Virus record (IMG/VR): IMGVR_UViG_3300035396_001150
Span: 1-29,397 of that record
Length of the DNA stretch: 29,397 bases
Reading direction: 5' to 3' (one strand)
Source of the DNA: a virus
Taxonomy: Duplodnaviria; Caudoviricetes
Shown here in pieces: positions 1-8,028 of the stretch; the first letter of the stretch is position 1; each line of letters opens with the position of its first letter. The translations under genes and the position numbers were made by a program. The notes beneath the pieces were generated by a model, which saw only the letters and a list, made by a program, of their open reading frames with translations, did no database searches and was not told where the DNA came from.

Positions 1-594
1 GATAGTCAGAATGCTGTGAAGGTTTATGTTCCTGCAACTGGTGAAGTAGCAAAAGCAATGGCGTTTACTGACAACACTGCATTCCCTTGGTTTGCACCTG
101 CTGGTCTTAATCGTGGTGTTACAAATGCAATCAAATCTAAATACAAATTGAGTCTTGAAGCTCGTGATACACTTTACGCAGGTAGAATCAACCCAATGGC
201 TGACTTTGCAGATGCTGGTACAGCAATCTTTGGACAGAAAACTCTACAGGTTAAAGAAAGTGCACTTGACAGAATCAATGTACGTAGATTATTACTTCAA
301 ATCAAGGTTCTTATTGCAAACATTGCAATCAGACTTGTATTCGAACAAAATGACCAAGTAACTATTGACCAATTCTTGTCAAAAGCTAACCCAATCCTTG
401 ATGCTATCAAGAGAGAAAGAGGCTTAACTGACTTCAGAGTAAAAATGGACGATAGCAACAATACAACTGAAACCAGAGATAGAAACGAATTGTATGGTGA
501 AATATTCTTGAAACCAACACGTGCTGTTGAGTTCATTGGAATCACATTCACAATCACTCCATCTGGTGCAAGTTTCTCAGATGTTGGTGCATAA
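1..594 (+). CDS. Contractile tail sheath protein, C-terminal part (5' truncated by window edge)
   Basis: Frame is open from base 1. Motifs PWFAPAGLNRG, RDTLYAGRINP, IFGQKTLQ, SALDRINVRRLL, VFEQND and LKPTRAVEFIGITF are typical of T4 gp18-like sheath C-termini. Confidence 0.95.
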   Translation, partial: DSQNAVKVYVPATGEVAKAMAFTDNTAFPWFAPAGLNRGVTNAIKSKYKLSLEARDTLYAGRINPMADFADAGTAIFGQKTLQVKESALDRINVRRLLLQIKVLIANIAIRLVFEQNDQVTIDQFLSKANPILDAIKRERGLTDFRVKMDDSNNTTETRDRNELYGEIFLKPTRAVEFIGITFTITPSGASFSDVGA

Positions 595-611
595 CAAATA
601 ACAATAAATTG

Positions 612-641
612 AAGACCCGTCAGTGTGGCGGGTCTTTTTTT
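612..641 (+). terminator. Intrinsic terminator after the sheath gene
   Basis: AAGACCCGTCA-gtg-TGGCGGGTCTT stem (one G-U pair) running into a T tract. Confidence 0.85.
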
Positions 642-648
642 ATTTAGT

Positions 649-657
649 AGTATTTAT
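649..657 (+). promoter_or_regulatory. Putative phage late promoter AGTATTTAT
   Basis: Same motif recurs in sense orientation upstream of six structural gene starts; here about 35 nt before ATG 692. Confidence 0.7.
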
Positions 658-691
658 GAGAAAAATAACATTACATTTTAAATAAAAAATT

Positions 692-1045
692 ATGAGTAAC
701 AAAAATAAAAGAACTGGTATTTTAAACCAAGTTATTGAAGAACAAGAAGAATTACAAGAGGTTGTTGAGAATGAAACAATCGTTGCCGACATAGAAGAAG
801 TTGTTGAAGCAGTTACTGAAGAAGAAATTGTACGAGCACCATCATTTGAAGAACAACCAAATCGTGGGGTTGTTGAAGCACCAGTTGCTGAAGAAGAAAT
901 TTTAGAAGAAGAATTGGTTGAAGAACCTGTTGAAGAAGAATTTATTGCATCAGCAGTAGAAGCACCTAAACCTGAAAGAACAATTGATAGTTTAAGTAAA
1001 GACGAACTAAGACATTTTCAGAGAACAGGTGTTATGCCAAAATAA
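692..1045 (+). CDS. Highly acidic, low-complexity hypothetical protein
   Basis: 117 aa with 30 Glu and 3 Asp, repeated xEEE(I/L/F) units and basic termini; A-rich leader and its own late-type motif. Confidence 0.8.
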   Translation: MSNKNKRTGILNQVIEEQEELQEVVENETIVADIEEVVEAVTEEEIVRAPSFEEQPNRGVVEAPVAEEEILEEELVEEPVEEEFIASAVEAPKPERTIDSLSKDELRHFQRTGVMPK

Positions 1046-1069
1046 TAATTATTTGTTTTCAAATGATTG

Positions 1070-1078
1070 AGTATTTAT
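1070..1078 (+). promoter_or_regulatory. Putative phage late promoter AGTATTTAT
   Basis: Intergenic copy about 45 nt before the tube ATG at 1123. Confidence 0.7.
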
Positions 1079-1122
1079 AGAAAACACAAAAATAATTACA
1101 GAAAATTAAATAATTTAGAATT

Positions 1123-1608
1123 ATGGCACAAATGATAAGGGAAATCCCATTTAAATACGAACCAAAAAGGGTTAATAGATTCTATGCAGAATTTATTGAT
1201 GTTGGTGTTGAAGTATGGAGTATTCAGAAGTTCAAAAGACCTTCAATGAAAATTAATAGTGTTCCAATTCAGTTCATGAACGAACAAAACTATGTAGCAG
1301 GTAGATATACTTGGGATACAATGTCTTTGACGTTTCTTGACCCGATAGGACCTTCAACCTCACAGATTCTTATGGAGTGGGTACGTTTGCATGCAGAATC
1401 ACTTACAGGACGTATGGGTTATGCTGCAGGTTACAAGAAAAACATTTTACTTAAATCTTTAGACCCAACGGGTGCTGAAGTTGAAAAATGGTTCTTGGAA
1501 CAGTGTATGATTACTTCGATTGACTTCGGTGATAATGATTATGGTAATGACGAATTGACCAACATTACACTTGAAATTCAGCCTTGGCGTTGTATTCTTA
1601 ACCTATAA
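1123..1608 (+). CDS. Tail tube protein (T4 gp19-like)
   Basis: 161 aa. YEPKRVNRF, RPS, YVAGRYTWDTMSLTFLDPI, GYAAGYKK, VEKW and IDFGDNDY follow the gp19-like tube pattern; lies just after the sheath. Confidence 0.9.
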   Translation: MAQMIREIPFKYEPKRVNRFYAEFIDVGVEVWSIQKFKRPSMKINSVPIQFMNEQNYVAGRYTWDTMSLTFLDPIGPSTSQILMEWVRLHAESLTGRMGYAAGYKKNILLKSLDPTGAEVEKWFLEQCMITSIDFGDNDYGNDELTNITLEIQPWRCILNL

Positions 1609-1625
1609 GATACACAAAACAGAAT

Positions 1626-1653
1626 TAAAAGCCACATTATTTGTGGCTTTTTT
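1626..1653. terminator. Bidirectional intrinsic terminator between convergent tube and nuclease genes
   Basis: AAAAGCCACA-ttatt-TGTGGCTTTT(TT) perfect stem with A and T tails. Confidence 0.85.
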
Positions 1654-1658
1654 AATTA

Positions 1659-2450
1659 TTAAGCAGCCAATTCTAAGATTCTATTTTCAATGATTTTCTT
1701 AACATAGTACGTTCTATCCTTAGCCTCAATTATCTCATACGATGGGTTATTATGACTAAACCAGACGATATATGATTTACCAAGTTTAATTCCAGTATAT
1801 TTCTCGATAATATATTTATATAGTCCAAGCTGTATCGAATATATTTCGAGGTCACTATCTTCCAACATATATAGGTCACCCGTTAAGTGCCTACTTTTCA
1901 TTTCTTTAGTAAATTCTTTATTAGTTTTCCAATCATAAATCTGAAATTCACCTTTTTTTACATTAAAAAATAACATATCAAGCATTCCACCAATTAGACT
2001 TTCTCTATCAAACACCACAAGTTCTGTTCTTATCGGAATTAATTTACCTTGAACGTCTTGATAAAAATTATCTACGTGTTTTTTTGTTATGTCGTATTCA
2101 ATCTTAACTGGGTCGAAACCAAATTCATTAAGAATTAATTGTTTAGGGTATTCGTATTTCTTATTTTGGAAGATATTTTCTGCGTAGTCGTGAATTGCAG
2201 AACCTTTAATCGTACCTTTTTTATTAATAAATTTCCATGCTCGAATAATTTCTCTTTGAGATAACCTGAACTGGTCTGCTTTATATTGTGACCAATAGTC
2301 TTCATTAAATTCTTCATGATATCTACCAATCAATGTTGTAACGCTCACCAATTGTTTATCATCCACATAATATTTATGTGGTTCATCATAAAACGTGACA
2401 TCGTTGAATGCCGTGAATAATTGGTGAGGTATTGGAATTTCAATATTCAT
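1659..2450 (-). CDS. PD-(D/E)XK superfamily exonuclease (RecB/Cas4-like fold, no Fe-S cysteines)
   Basis: SVTTLI, KGSAIHDYAE, E..V, GGMLDMLF, IYDWKT and YSIQLGLY motifs. Start moved to ATG 2450 because the TTG at 2459 lies within a promoter element. Confidence 0.85.
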   Translation of the reverse strand: MNIEIPIPHQLFTAFNDVTFYDEPHKYYVDDKQLVSVTTLIGRYHEEFNEDYWSQYKADQFRLSQREIIRAWKFINKKGTIKGSAIHDYAENIFQNKKYEYPKQLILNEFGFDPVKIEYDITKKHVDNFYQDVQGKLIPIRTELVVFDRESLIGGMLDMLFFNVKKGEFQIYDWKTNKEFTKEMKSRHLTGDLYMLEDSDLEIYSIQLGLYKYIIEKYTGIKLGKSYIVWFSHNNPSYEIIEAKDRTYYVKKIIENRILELAA

Positions 2451-2456
2451 AGGAAG

Positions 2457-2485
2457 CAAATATACAAAAAATTAATTAATCACAA
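2457..2485 (-). promoter_or_regulatory. Bacteroidota-type sigma-A promoter (-33 TTG / -7 TATATTTG)
   Basis: Minus strand reads TTG-N18-TATATTTG-CTTCCT-ATG. Confidence 0.65.
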
Positions 2486-3365
2486 TATTTTTTTGTAATA
2501 TTTGGTCGAGTTGTAAATCTTCGAGTTGTTTAATAATTGCGGTTTTATCTGCAGGAAGTCCTGAGTACCCATGTATGTGATTAATCAATGCATTTCTAAA
2601 CACGTTTAAGGCTTCTACAATGATGTCTCCACGACCAACTGGGTGTCCGTCAGTGAATATACGCTCTCTATCCTGTGAAGTTAACCTTGCTGCCTTAAAT
2701 TGAGGATTTCCACTATGTGAAATCAAAGCAATCTTATCACTCATTACAATAGTATTACTATAATACACATTTTCTGTTCCAGTTTGTGGCTCATAAATCA
2801 CACTAATTTCTGCGGGGTTCTTCACGTTAAGTTTTAGAATATTTCCATTCTCGTGTTTACCTGCTCTAATATGAACTTCGTTGATTCGAAGTAACACATC
2901 TGTGTTTACTTTACCAATAATTGCAACATCGGTCTTTAATGGAAACACACCATCTGCATCAGGATACGTTGAAGGTGCTTTATCAGGATTGGTTAATCCA
3001 AGGTTAGTTGTTGAAAGTGCAGTATATTTTGAATCGAATTCAATTTTCTGTGGTTGAGATATTACACTACCCATCCAGAATCTACTTCTTTCAGGAAATT
3101 TAATATCTTCAAGAAATACTCTAACAATTTCACCAACTTGTGGATATAAATGAAAGAATTTTGGAAGTAATGGATAACACCAAGGTAAATCATTATCAGA
3201 TGTACGATTATCTAAATCAGGAATTCTTACCTTAATTCTACCACCATCAGTATCGTCAGCAATACTCATAACCTCACCATAGTATATAGTTCTTTGTGGA
3301 ATAATACTTGCGTTCTGAGGCTTATTGGGATTGCTCGTCTGTATATATGGTTTATCAAATGACAT
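2472..3365 (-). CDS. Baseplate central spike (gp5/gpV/VgrG-like OB fold with C-terminal HxH)
   Basis: N-terminal GEVMSIADDTDGGRIKVRIP...LPWCYPL...PQVGEIVRV...RFWMGS is the gp5 OB-fold pattern; C-terminal NHIHG resembles the metal-binding HxH tip of gpV-type spikes. Confidence 0.8.
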   Translation of the reverse strand: MSFDKPYIQTSNPNKPQNASIIPQRTIYYGEVMSIADDTDGGRIKVRIPDLDNRTSDNDLPWCYPLLPKFFHLYPQVGEIVRVFLEDIKFPERSRFWMGSVISQPQKIEFDSKYTALSTTNLGLTNPDKAPSTYPDADGVFPLKTDVAIIGKVNTDVLLRINEVHIRAGKHENGNILKLNVKNPAEISVIYEPQTGTENVYYSNTIVMSDKIALISHSGNPQFKAARLTSQDRERIFTDGHPVGRGDIIVEALNVFRNALINHIHGYSGLPADKTAIIKQLEDLQLDQILQKNIVIN

Positions 3366-3366
3366 A

Positions 3367-3570
3367 TTATTGTGTTATTACTTCAACAATTGCAACATAA
3401 TTTCTTTCAAGTTCATCAAGTTCAACAATTTTATTATTAATACTTGTTTCAAGTCTTTCAATCTCGACAGTTGTATCAATAATCTCTTGTTTCAAAACGT
3501 CATGTCTGGCTTTGATATCATTACCTCTTTTAAGTAACTCTGTGGGTGTAAGTTTTGTATAGTCTTCCAT
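3367..3570 (-). CDS. Small coiled-coil hypothetical protein
   Basis: 67 aa with heptad-like pattern; 1-bp stop/start overlap with the upstream gene. Confidence 0.75.
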   Translation of the reverse strand: MEDYTKLTPTELLKRGNDIKARHDVLKQEIIDTTVEIERLETSINNKIVELDELERNYVAIVEVITQ

Positions 3571-3977
3571 TATTGTGCTACTCCATAACCTTTTGAATAT
3601 ATTATTGTTGAGCCGAATACGGATACGGGTCCCGTAGGTGAAATACCTGCTGCTGTGATAGTTATCCCCGGGGGGATTGCCACCGATATTATCATGTCTT
3701 CCTGAATTGCTTTCACTATTTCTTCAATTCTAATTCTTTCCATGATTTCATCGGGACTAACTGCACCAGAAGGTAGTACACCTACAGGTAAACCTGCTTC
3801 TGACTTTCTCGCAATAATACGTGAAGCAATTTTAGTTGGTGACAATCCAGTTCGCATTGGTACTCCAATTAATATCAAAGGAGTTGGCACAGGGGTTGGA
3901 CTTCCAGTTGATGAAAGACTCAATATTCTGCTAAAACCTTCAACAATTGCATCAATGCTACTGAAATCGATTGCCAT
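3570..3977 (-). CDS. Hypothetical protein, probably virion/baseplate-associated
   Basis: 135 aa, rich in Pro/Gly/Ile with a beta-like C-terminus; tightly packed in the late unit that ends in the spike gene. Confidence 0.75.
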   Translation of the reverse strand: MAIDFSSIDAIVEGFSRILSLSSTGSPTPVPTPLILIGVPMRTGLSPTKIASRIIARKSEAGLPVGVLPSGAVSPDEIMERIRIEEIVKAIQEDMIISVAIPPGITITAAGISPTGPVSVFGSTIIYSKGYGVAQ

Positions 3978-3978
3978 G

Positions 3979-4155
3979 TTACTTTACTGCTTTAAGTTCT
4001 TTAATGCTTATCCATTTCCAACCTAAAACCAAATAGGTTAATGTTCTTCTAATCCAATTAGGTTTGATTGTTGTTGCAAGCTGTGTTCCACCCATATCGC
4101 CATCGATAAGGTAAACGCCTACAAATTGTCTGTTTAATTTCTGGTCTACTATCAT
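3979..4155 (-). CDS. Small hypothetical protein (58 aa), absent from the ORF track
   Basis: ATG 4155 to TAA 3979 translates as MIVDQKLNRQFVGVYLIDGDMGGTQLATTIKPNWIRRTLTYLVLGWKWISIKELKAVK; fills the gap exactly and has an A-rich leader. Confidence 0.75.
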   Translation of the reverse strand: MIVDQKLNRQFVGVYLIDGDMGGTQLATTIKPNWIRRTLTYLVLGWKWISIKELKAVK

Positions 4156-4171
4156 AAATTTATTTATTTAA

Positions 4172-5515
4172 TTATCCTGTTAATGCTGCAATTCTACCTG
4201 CAGGTGTTAAACTTTTTATTATACCTACGTACTGATTTATTTTTTCTTTGATTATTTTCTTAATTACTGGTTTCAACAATATCATCAAATATGTTACTGC
4301 AAGCATAAATATGAATTCTGCAACGATTTTCATAATTTCTTTCGCCATACACTTGATACAAATCTTGAAATTTTTCATATCATCTTTAGCTGCACTGAGT
4401 TGAACATCACCATTATTCTGTAATGCTGACATCATTCCAAACAGTACTCGCACCTGTGGCGCAGTAGTTACTGCCTGTAACATTTTACTCGTGAATGCTT
4501 TAATGATTTTTTGAAAAAATCCGTCTTTAATTGTTTGTTTGTTCTCAGCAGTTGTTGCTGCAGTGCCTGTACTTCCACTTGTGCTCTGGTCAATTGTTGC
4601 TTCCATTGCATTACCAATTGCAAATGGGTCTGTTGAACCACTAATGTTACCAATAAGACCACTTAAATCGTCAAATGAAAGTGATGTTGGCATTAATCCA
4701 CAACCCATATTATAATTAACCTGACCATTCACCATTTCAATTGCTTTTTGAAGCAATGCATCATATTCTGAAGGTGAAATTTCGAATGAATCATCCTCAT
4801 TTAATAGTTGGTCAAGAATTAGCTCAACCTGTAATTCATCATTAACCTGTTCAATGGTTTTACCTTGTTTTTTTGCCAATGTACCATAAATATTGTCCAT
4901 CACAGTGGACATAATTTCTTTCTTATTTAAAAGTTCTGTGCTATCAATGTATGTTCCAAAATAATCACCAATTGTTGGGTTAGGAACTATATCAAGTTTA
5001 GGTTTAATGTTAAACGTGTCAGATGTCGCATTATAATTGATATACATATTACTATATGGTGAATCTGTACCCGAATTTACTATTGCATTGTGTGCAATAC
5101 TATCAAAATTAGGTTTAGATGTATCATATAAAATATTACCATCGCTTGAAGATGGCGAAACTTTTAATTTACCATTCGTGTCAATGCTTTTAACGGGAAC
5201 TGTAATTCCATTAGTCTTAAATGTGGTTGGAAATGTGTCACTTGCATTAGATTGTACAAATTGTTTTTTGAGCGCAGTTTTTAATTTAGGTTCTGCCTCA
5301 CCAATTACTTTGGTAAACATACCACCGACAGCTTCTTTTATTGCTTCAGTACCAGCAACAACTTTCAGCACATCAAGTAGATATGGAATAGCATCACTCT
5401 TATTATTAATTGAAGGGAATAAATCTGTCTGCTTTAGTTTCTTACCCTCCTGATTTAAAGAAGTATAAGCACCTATAGTTGTAAAGATTTTCCTTTTACT
5501 ATCTGCTCTGCTCAT
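4172..5515 (-). CDS. Hypothetical protein (447 aa), probably structural
   Basis: Long intact ORF in the late unit; helical, hydrophobic C-terminal segment (IVAEFIFMLAVTYLMILL). Confidence 0.8.
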   Translation of the reverse strand: MSRADSKRKIFTTIGAYTSLNQEGKKLKQTDLFPSINNKSDAIPYLLDVLKVVAGTEAIKEAVGGMFTKVIGEAEPKLKTALKKQFVQSNASDTFPTTFKTNGITVPVKSIDTNGKLKVSPSSSDGNILYDTSKPNFDSIAHNAIVNSGTDSPYSNMYINYNATSDTFNIKPKLDIVPNPTIGDYFGTYIDSTELLNKKEIMSTVMDNIYGTLAKKQGKTIEQVNDELQVELILDQLLNEDDSFEISPSEYDALLQKAIEMVNGQVNYNMGCGLMPTSLSFDDLSGLIGNISGSTDPFAIGNAMEATIDQSTSGSTGTAATTAENKQTIKDGFFQKIIKAFTSKMLQAVTTAPQVRVLFGMMSALQNNGDVQLSAAKDDMKNFKICIKCMAKEIMKIVAEFIFMLAVTYLMILLKPVIKKIIKEKINQYVGIIKSLTPAGRIAALTG

Positions 5516-5910
5516 TATTTATTTTTACTTTTTTCCTTTTTCTCCAATTCATCTGCAACAAAATTCAATAGCTCGTTTCTTCTATCAGTAGAAACTACAC
5601 CAGTTTCTTCAGAAGATTCTTTACTACTATTGCTTGACGAAGTACCACCAACTTTATTATCGAATACAACTTCCTTTAAATACTTCAATAACATAATTTT
5701 TTGGTCAACGTTTTTAGCTTCGGCAGCGATAAGTTTAACAATTTGGTCACCAATTGCCTGAACTTCTCCACTTTCTTTAATCTTGGTTTCCCATTTAGTG
5801 AATAATCTTACAATTTTTGCTCTTTGGTTGTGACTATCGTCATATATTTCTTGAAGAAGTTTGTTTACACTGTCTTCATCAAATTTTAGTTTTTTTCTCT
5901 GTGGTCTCAT
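5515..5910 (-). CDS. Hypothetical helical protein (131 aa)
   Basis: First gene after a late-type motif; coiled-coil-like; 1-bp overlap with the next gene. Confidence 0.8.
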   Translation of the reverse strand: MRPQRKKLKFDEDSVNKLLQEIYDDSHNQRAKIVRLFTKWETKIKESGEVQAIGDQIVKLIAAEAKNVDQKIMLLKYLKEVVFDNKVGGTSSSNSSKESSEETGVVSTDRRNELLNFVADELEKKEKSKNK

Positions 5911-5930
5911 AAAATATAGTTTTAGTACAT

Positions 5931-5939
5931 ATAAATACT
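5931..5939 (-). promoter_or_regulatory. Putative phage late promoter AGTATTTAT (minus strand)
   Basis: Plus strand ATAAATACT; about 20 nt upstream of the ATG at 5910. Confidence 0.7.
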
Positions 5940-6437
5940 TTAATATAATTTATGTGTATTTTCGTCTCTCTCTGCCTCAGTCGTGGCATTCCATTCTTCC
6001 TTTGTATATAATTTACCAGTTTTACCAATAACCATGTCATGCATCACATAGATTCCTTCAATATCATCTGCAGATAATTTCATTGCCCTTTGATTCGGAT
6101 TTGGGTCATGAACTACATTCAGATTTTTATCGACAATAACTGCATGTGTTGTATCTTCAAATGTCTGACTTTTAACTACACCATAAAAATAACCACCAAC
6201 TCCACCATCAAACTCAGCAATCTTACGTATAAATTCAGTATTGTATTTACCCCTATTAATATAACAAAGGTCATACCCTCTATCCTCACAAAAATGGTGC
6301 ATGGCTAAAAACCAACCATCACCAAGTTCTTTGAAATTAGGAACATCTTCAAGTTTTTCATCGAACAAACTTGCAATTGCTGCTTGCATGCAGTTACCTG
6401 TTCCTTTAGAAACAATGGTTTGATATACTTTAATCAT
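5940..6437 (-). CDS. Hypothetical protein, possible papain-like (C39-like) cysteine peptidase
   Basis: Q...GNCMQAAIASL, then HAVIVD and VVHDPNP, matching Cys-His-Asp triad order. Confidence 0.55.
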   Translation of the reverse strand: MIKVYQTIVSKGTGNCMQAAIASLFDEKLEDVPNFKELGDGWFLAMHHFCEDRGYDLCYINRGKYNTEFIRKIAEFDGGVGGYFYGVVKSQTFEDTTHAVIVDKNLNVVHDPNPNQRAMKLSADDIEGIYVMHDMVIGKTGKLYTKEEWNATTEAERDENTHKLY

Positions 6438-7182
6438 CTAAGTAATCCATTTTTTCAAAAAAGTATATTTCTTTGAATGGCTTAATACCAATTCGAATTT
6501 CTTTTGTACTCAATCCAGTTTGTTCTTTCAAATATAACAAGATTTTATTTTTCGCAAATTTATTGGTAACTCTTTTATTAAATTTACCTTCAGGACTATC
6601 TTCCATAAATAATACCTGCCAGTTCTTCAACACGTTAACGATTGCATCACCAACAATGATTTCATTTTTCTTCATCACAGGGTCATTATTAATCTTGTCT
6701 TCGATTTTCTCGATGACAGAGTTAATTAACTTCTCAAGTTGGTGTTGAGTTTCGAGTTCAATTTCATATGTATAATCAGAATTTTCATTAATTTCATCGA
6801 TGTAATCATCAAAGCTCAAATTAATTTTCTTCTCTGTATAGCTTTTTTTACTATGGTCTTTGTAATAATTTCTAATAATGGTCTGACAATAGCTAAATGC
6901 TTTTGTTTTATTACCAGATTTTGTAATTTTATCAGGATTAAACTTCACCATGTGTTCAATCAAATGTGTTAAAGCATTTGACTCAACTTCAACCATATCG
7001 TAGTTTCCAATATGAATTGGATACCTACGAAGTATGGATTGTATCATTTTGCGAAAGGGTTCAATCAGTATCTGATTATAAATTCGATTTTTTTCATCCA
7101 ACGAGTTCGAATTAATATAGTCGATTACTGCTTGTTCTTCCCTTTCGGCAAAATACGGAGCACTGTTTTCGATTTCCTTCAT
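6430..7182 (-). CDS. Putative phage-encoded sigma factor (gp55-like late sigma, region-2 domain)
   Basis: 250 aa, helical. KFNPDK...KAFSYCQTIIRNYY resembles sigma region 2.3-2.4 (F..Y....I.N); C-terminal LKEQTGLSTKEIR is HTH-like. Confidence 0.65.
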   Translation of the reverse strand: MKEIENSAPYFAEREEQAVIDYINSNSLDEKNRIYNQILIEPFRKMIQSILRRYPIHIGNYDMVEVESNALTHLIEHMVKFNPDKITKSGNKTKAFSYCQTIIRNYYKDHSKKSYTEKKINLSFDDYIDEINENSDYTYEIELETQHQLEKLINSVIEKIEDKINNDPVMKKNEIIVGDAIVNVLKNWQVLFMEDSPEGKFNKRVTNKFAKNKILLYLKEQTGLSTKEIRIGIKPFKEIYFFEKMDYLDD

Positions 7183-7193
7183 TTATCATGTGT

Positions 7194-7201
7194 CAAAATT
7201 A
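7194..7201 (-). promoter_or_regulatory. Possible Bacteroidota-type -7 element TAATTTTG upstream of the sigma-like gene
   Basis: TAnnTTTG match 11 nt before ATG 7182 in a short intergenic gap; no clear -33 TTG. Confidence 0.4.
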
Positions 7202-7205
7202 TAGG

Positions 7206-8018
7206 TTATTCTTCGATAACTAATTTCTGAAGTCTTGACATATCAATTAGTCTGTCGTTTATGAAATTAGATTCATTCGTTGCTGTCTCAAACCAAAATT
7301 TTCTTTCGTTCATTGGCATTGTCTTGAGATACACGTCAAACAAACTACCTTCTCTGGATGCCACGTGTTTGTAACCGATTTTTGGCATGGTAAATACTTT
7401 AGATGCATTGTTCAATGCTCTTAGCAAGAACTCATACATGAAAGCTAATTTTATGTTTGATTTGTATTTACCAAGATTTTTGAACTCAGATTTTTTGATA
7501 ACAGCACCACTCAACTTGAAGTCAGTGTATTGTTTCAACGCTGCTGCGTTTAAATAACCCATTTCACCATTCTCACCAACAAACTGTTGTGCCCATACGG
7601 TTTCATTTGTTAATTTAATACCCTGATTCAATTCATTAACCTCAATCATCATAGTTAAGAAGATATCGATTTCTGGATAGCTTTGAATGTATTGTGTTGA
7701 ATTTCTGAAGAATGTACTACTATATTCGTCATCGAATTCAAGTACCGAGAAATAATCGGTAGTTACTGATTCCACAGCAAGGTTAACCTGTGACTGGTAG
7801 TCAGTGTTACCTTCATTTATGACAAATGATACGTTAGGACGTTGTTCTGTAGAAATATGTGGCACTAAAGCATTTAATACTTCTTGAGGTGCAACCACAA
7901 CTATTTGTGGCAGCGCATCAACATTTTCTTGTTTAACTACTGATTCAATTGCTTTATCTAAAAGGATTTGTACTTTTTCGTTAAACTCGTGTACTGGAAT
8001 TATTACTGATATATTCAT
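7206..8018 (-). CDS. Glycosyltransferase, GT-A fold (family 2-like)
   Basis: MNISVIIPVH, AIESV, VNLAVESVTTDYFSVLEFDD (DxD region) and EFLLRAL. Confidence 0.85.
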   Translation of the reverse strand: MNISVIIPVHEFNEKVQILLDKAIESVVKQENVDALPQIVVVAPQEVLNALVPHISTEQRPNVSFVINEGNTDYQSQVNLAVESVTTDYFSVLEFDDEYSSTFFRNSTQYIQSYPEIDIFLTMMIEVNELNQGIKLTNETVWAQQFVGENGEMGYLNAAALKQYTDFKLSGAVIKKSEFKNLGKYKSNIKLAFMYEFLLRALNNASKVFTMPKIGYKHVASREGSLFDVYLKTMPMNERKFWFETATNESNFINDRLIDMSRLQKLVIEE

Positions 8019-8028
8019 ATTATTTAAA

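Noticed and set aside
1659-2450. Cas4 / CRISPR-associated role for the nuclease
   Set aside because: No Fe-S cysteine cluster, no other cas genes and no repeat-spacer array seen in the window.
3664-3677. GC-rich near-palindrome ATCCCCGGGGGGAT with a G6 tract
   Set aside because: Lies inside an intact ORF encoding IPPGI; the loop is too short for a hairpin and there is no sign of phase variation.
5930-5937. Exact T4 late promoter TATAAATA on the plus strand
   Set aside because: It would fire antisense into minus-strand genes; better explained as the reverse complement of the AGTATTTAT motif serving the gene starting at 5910.
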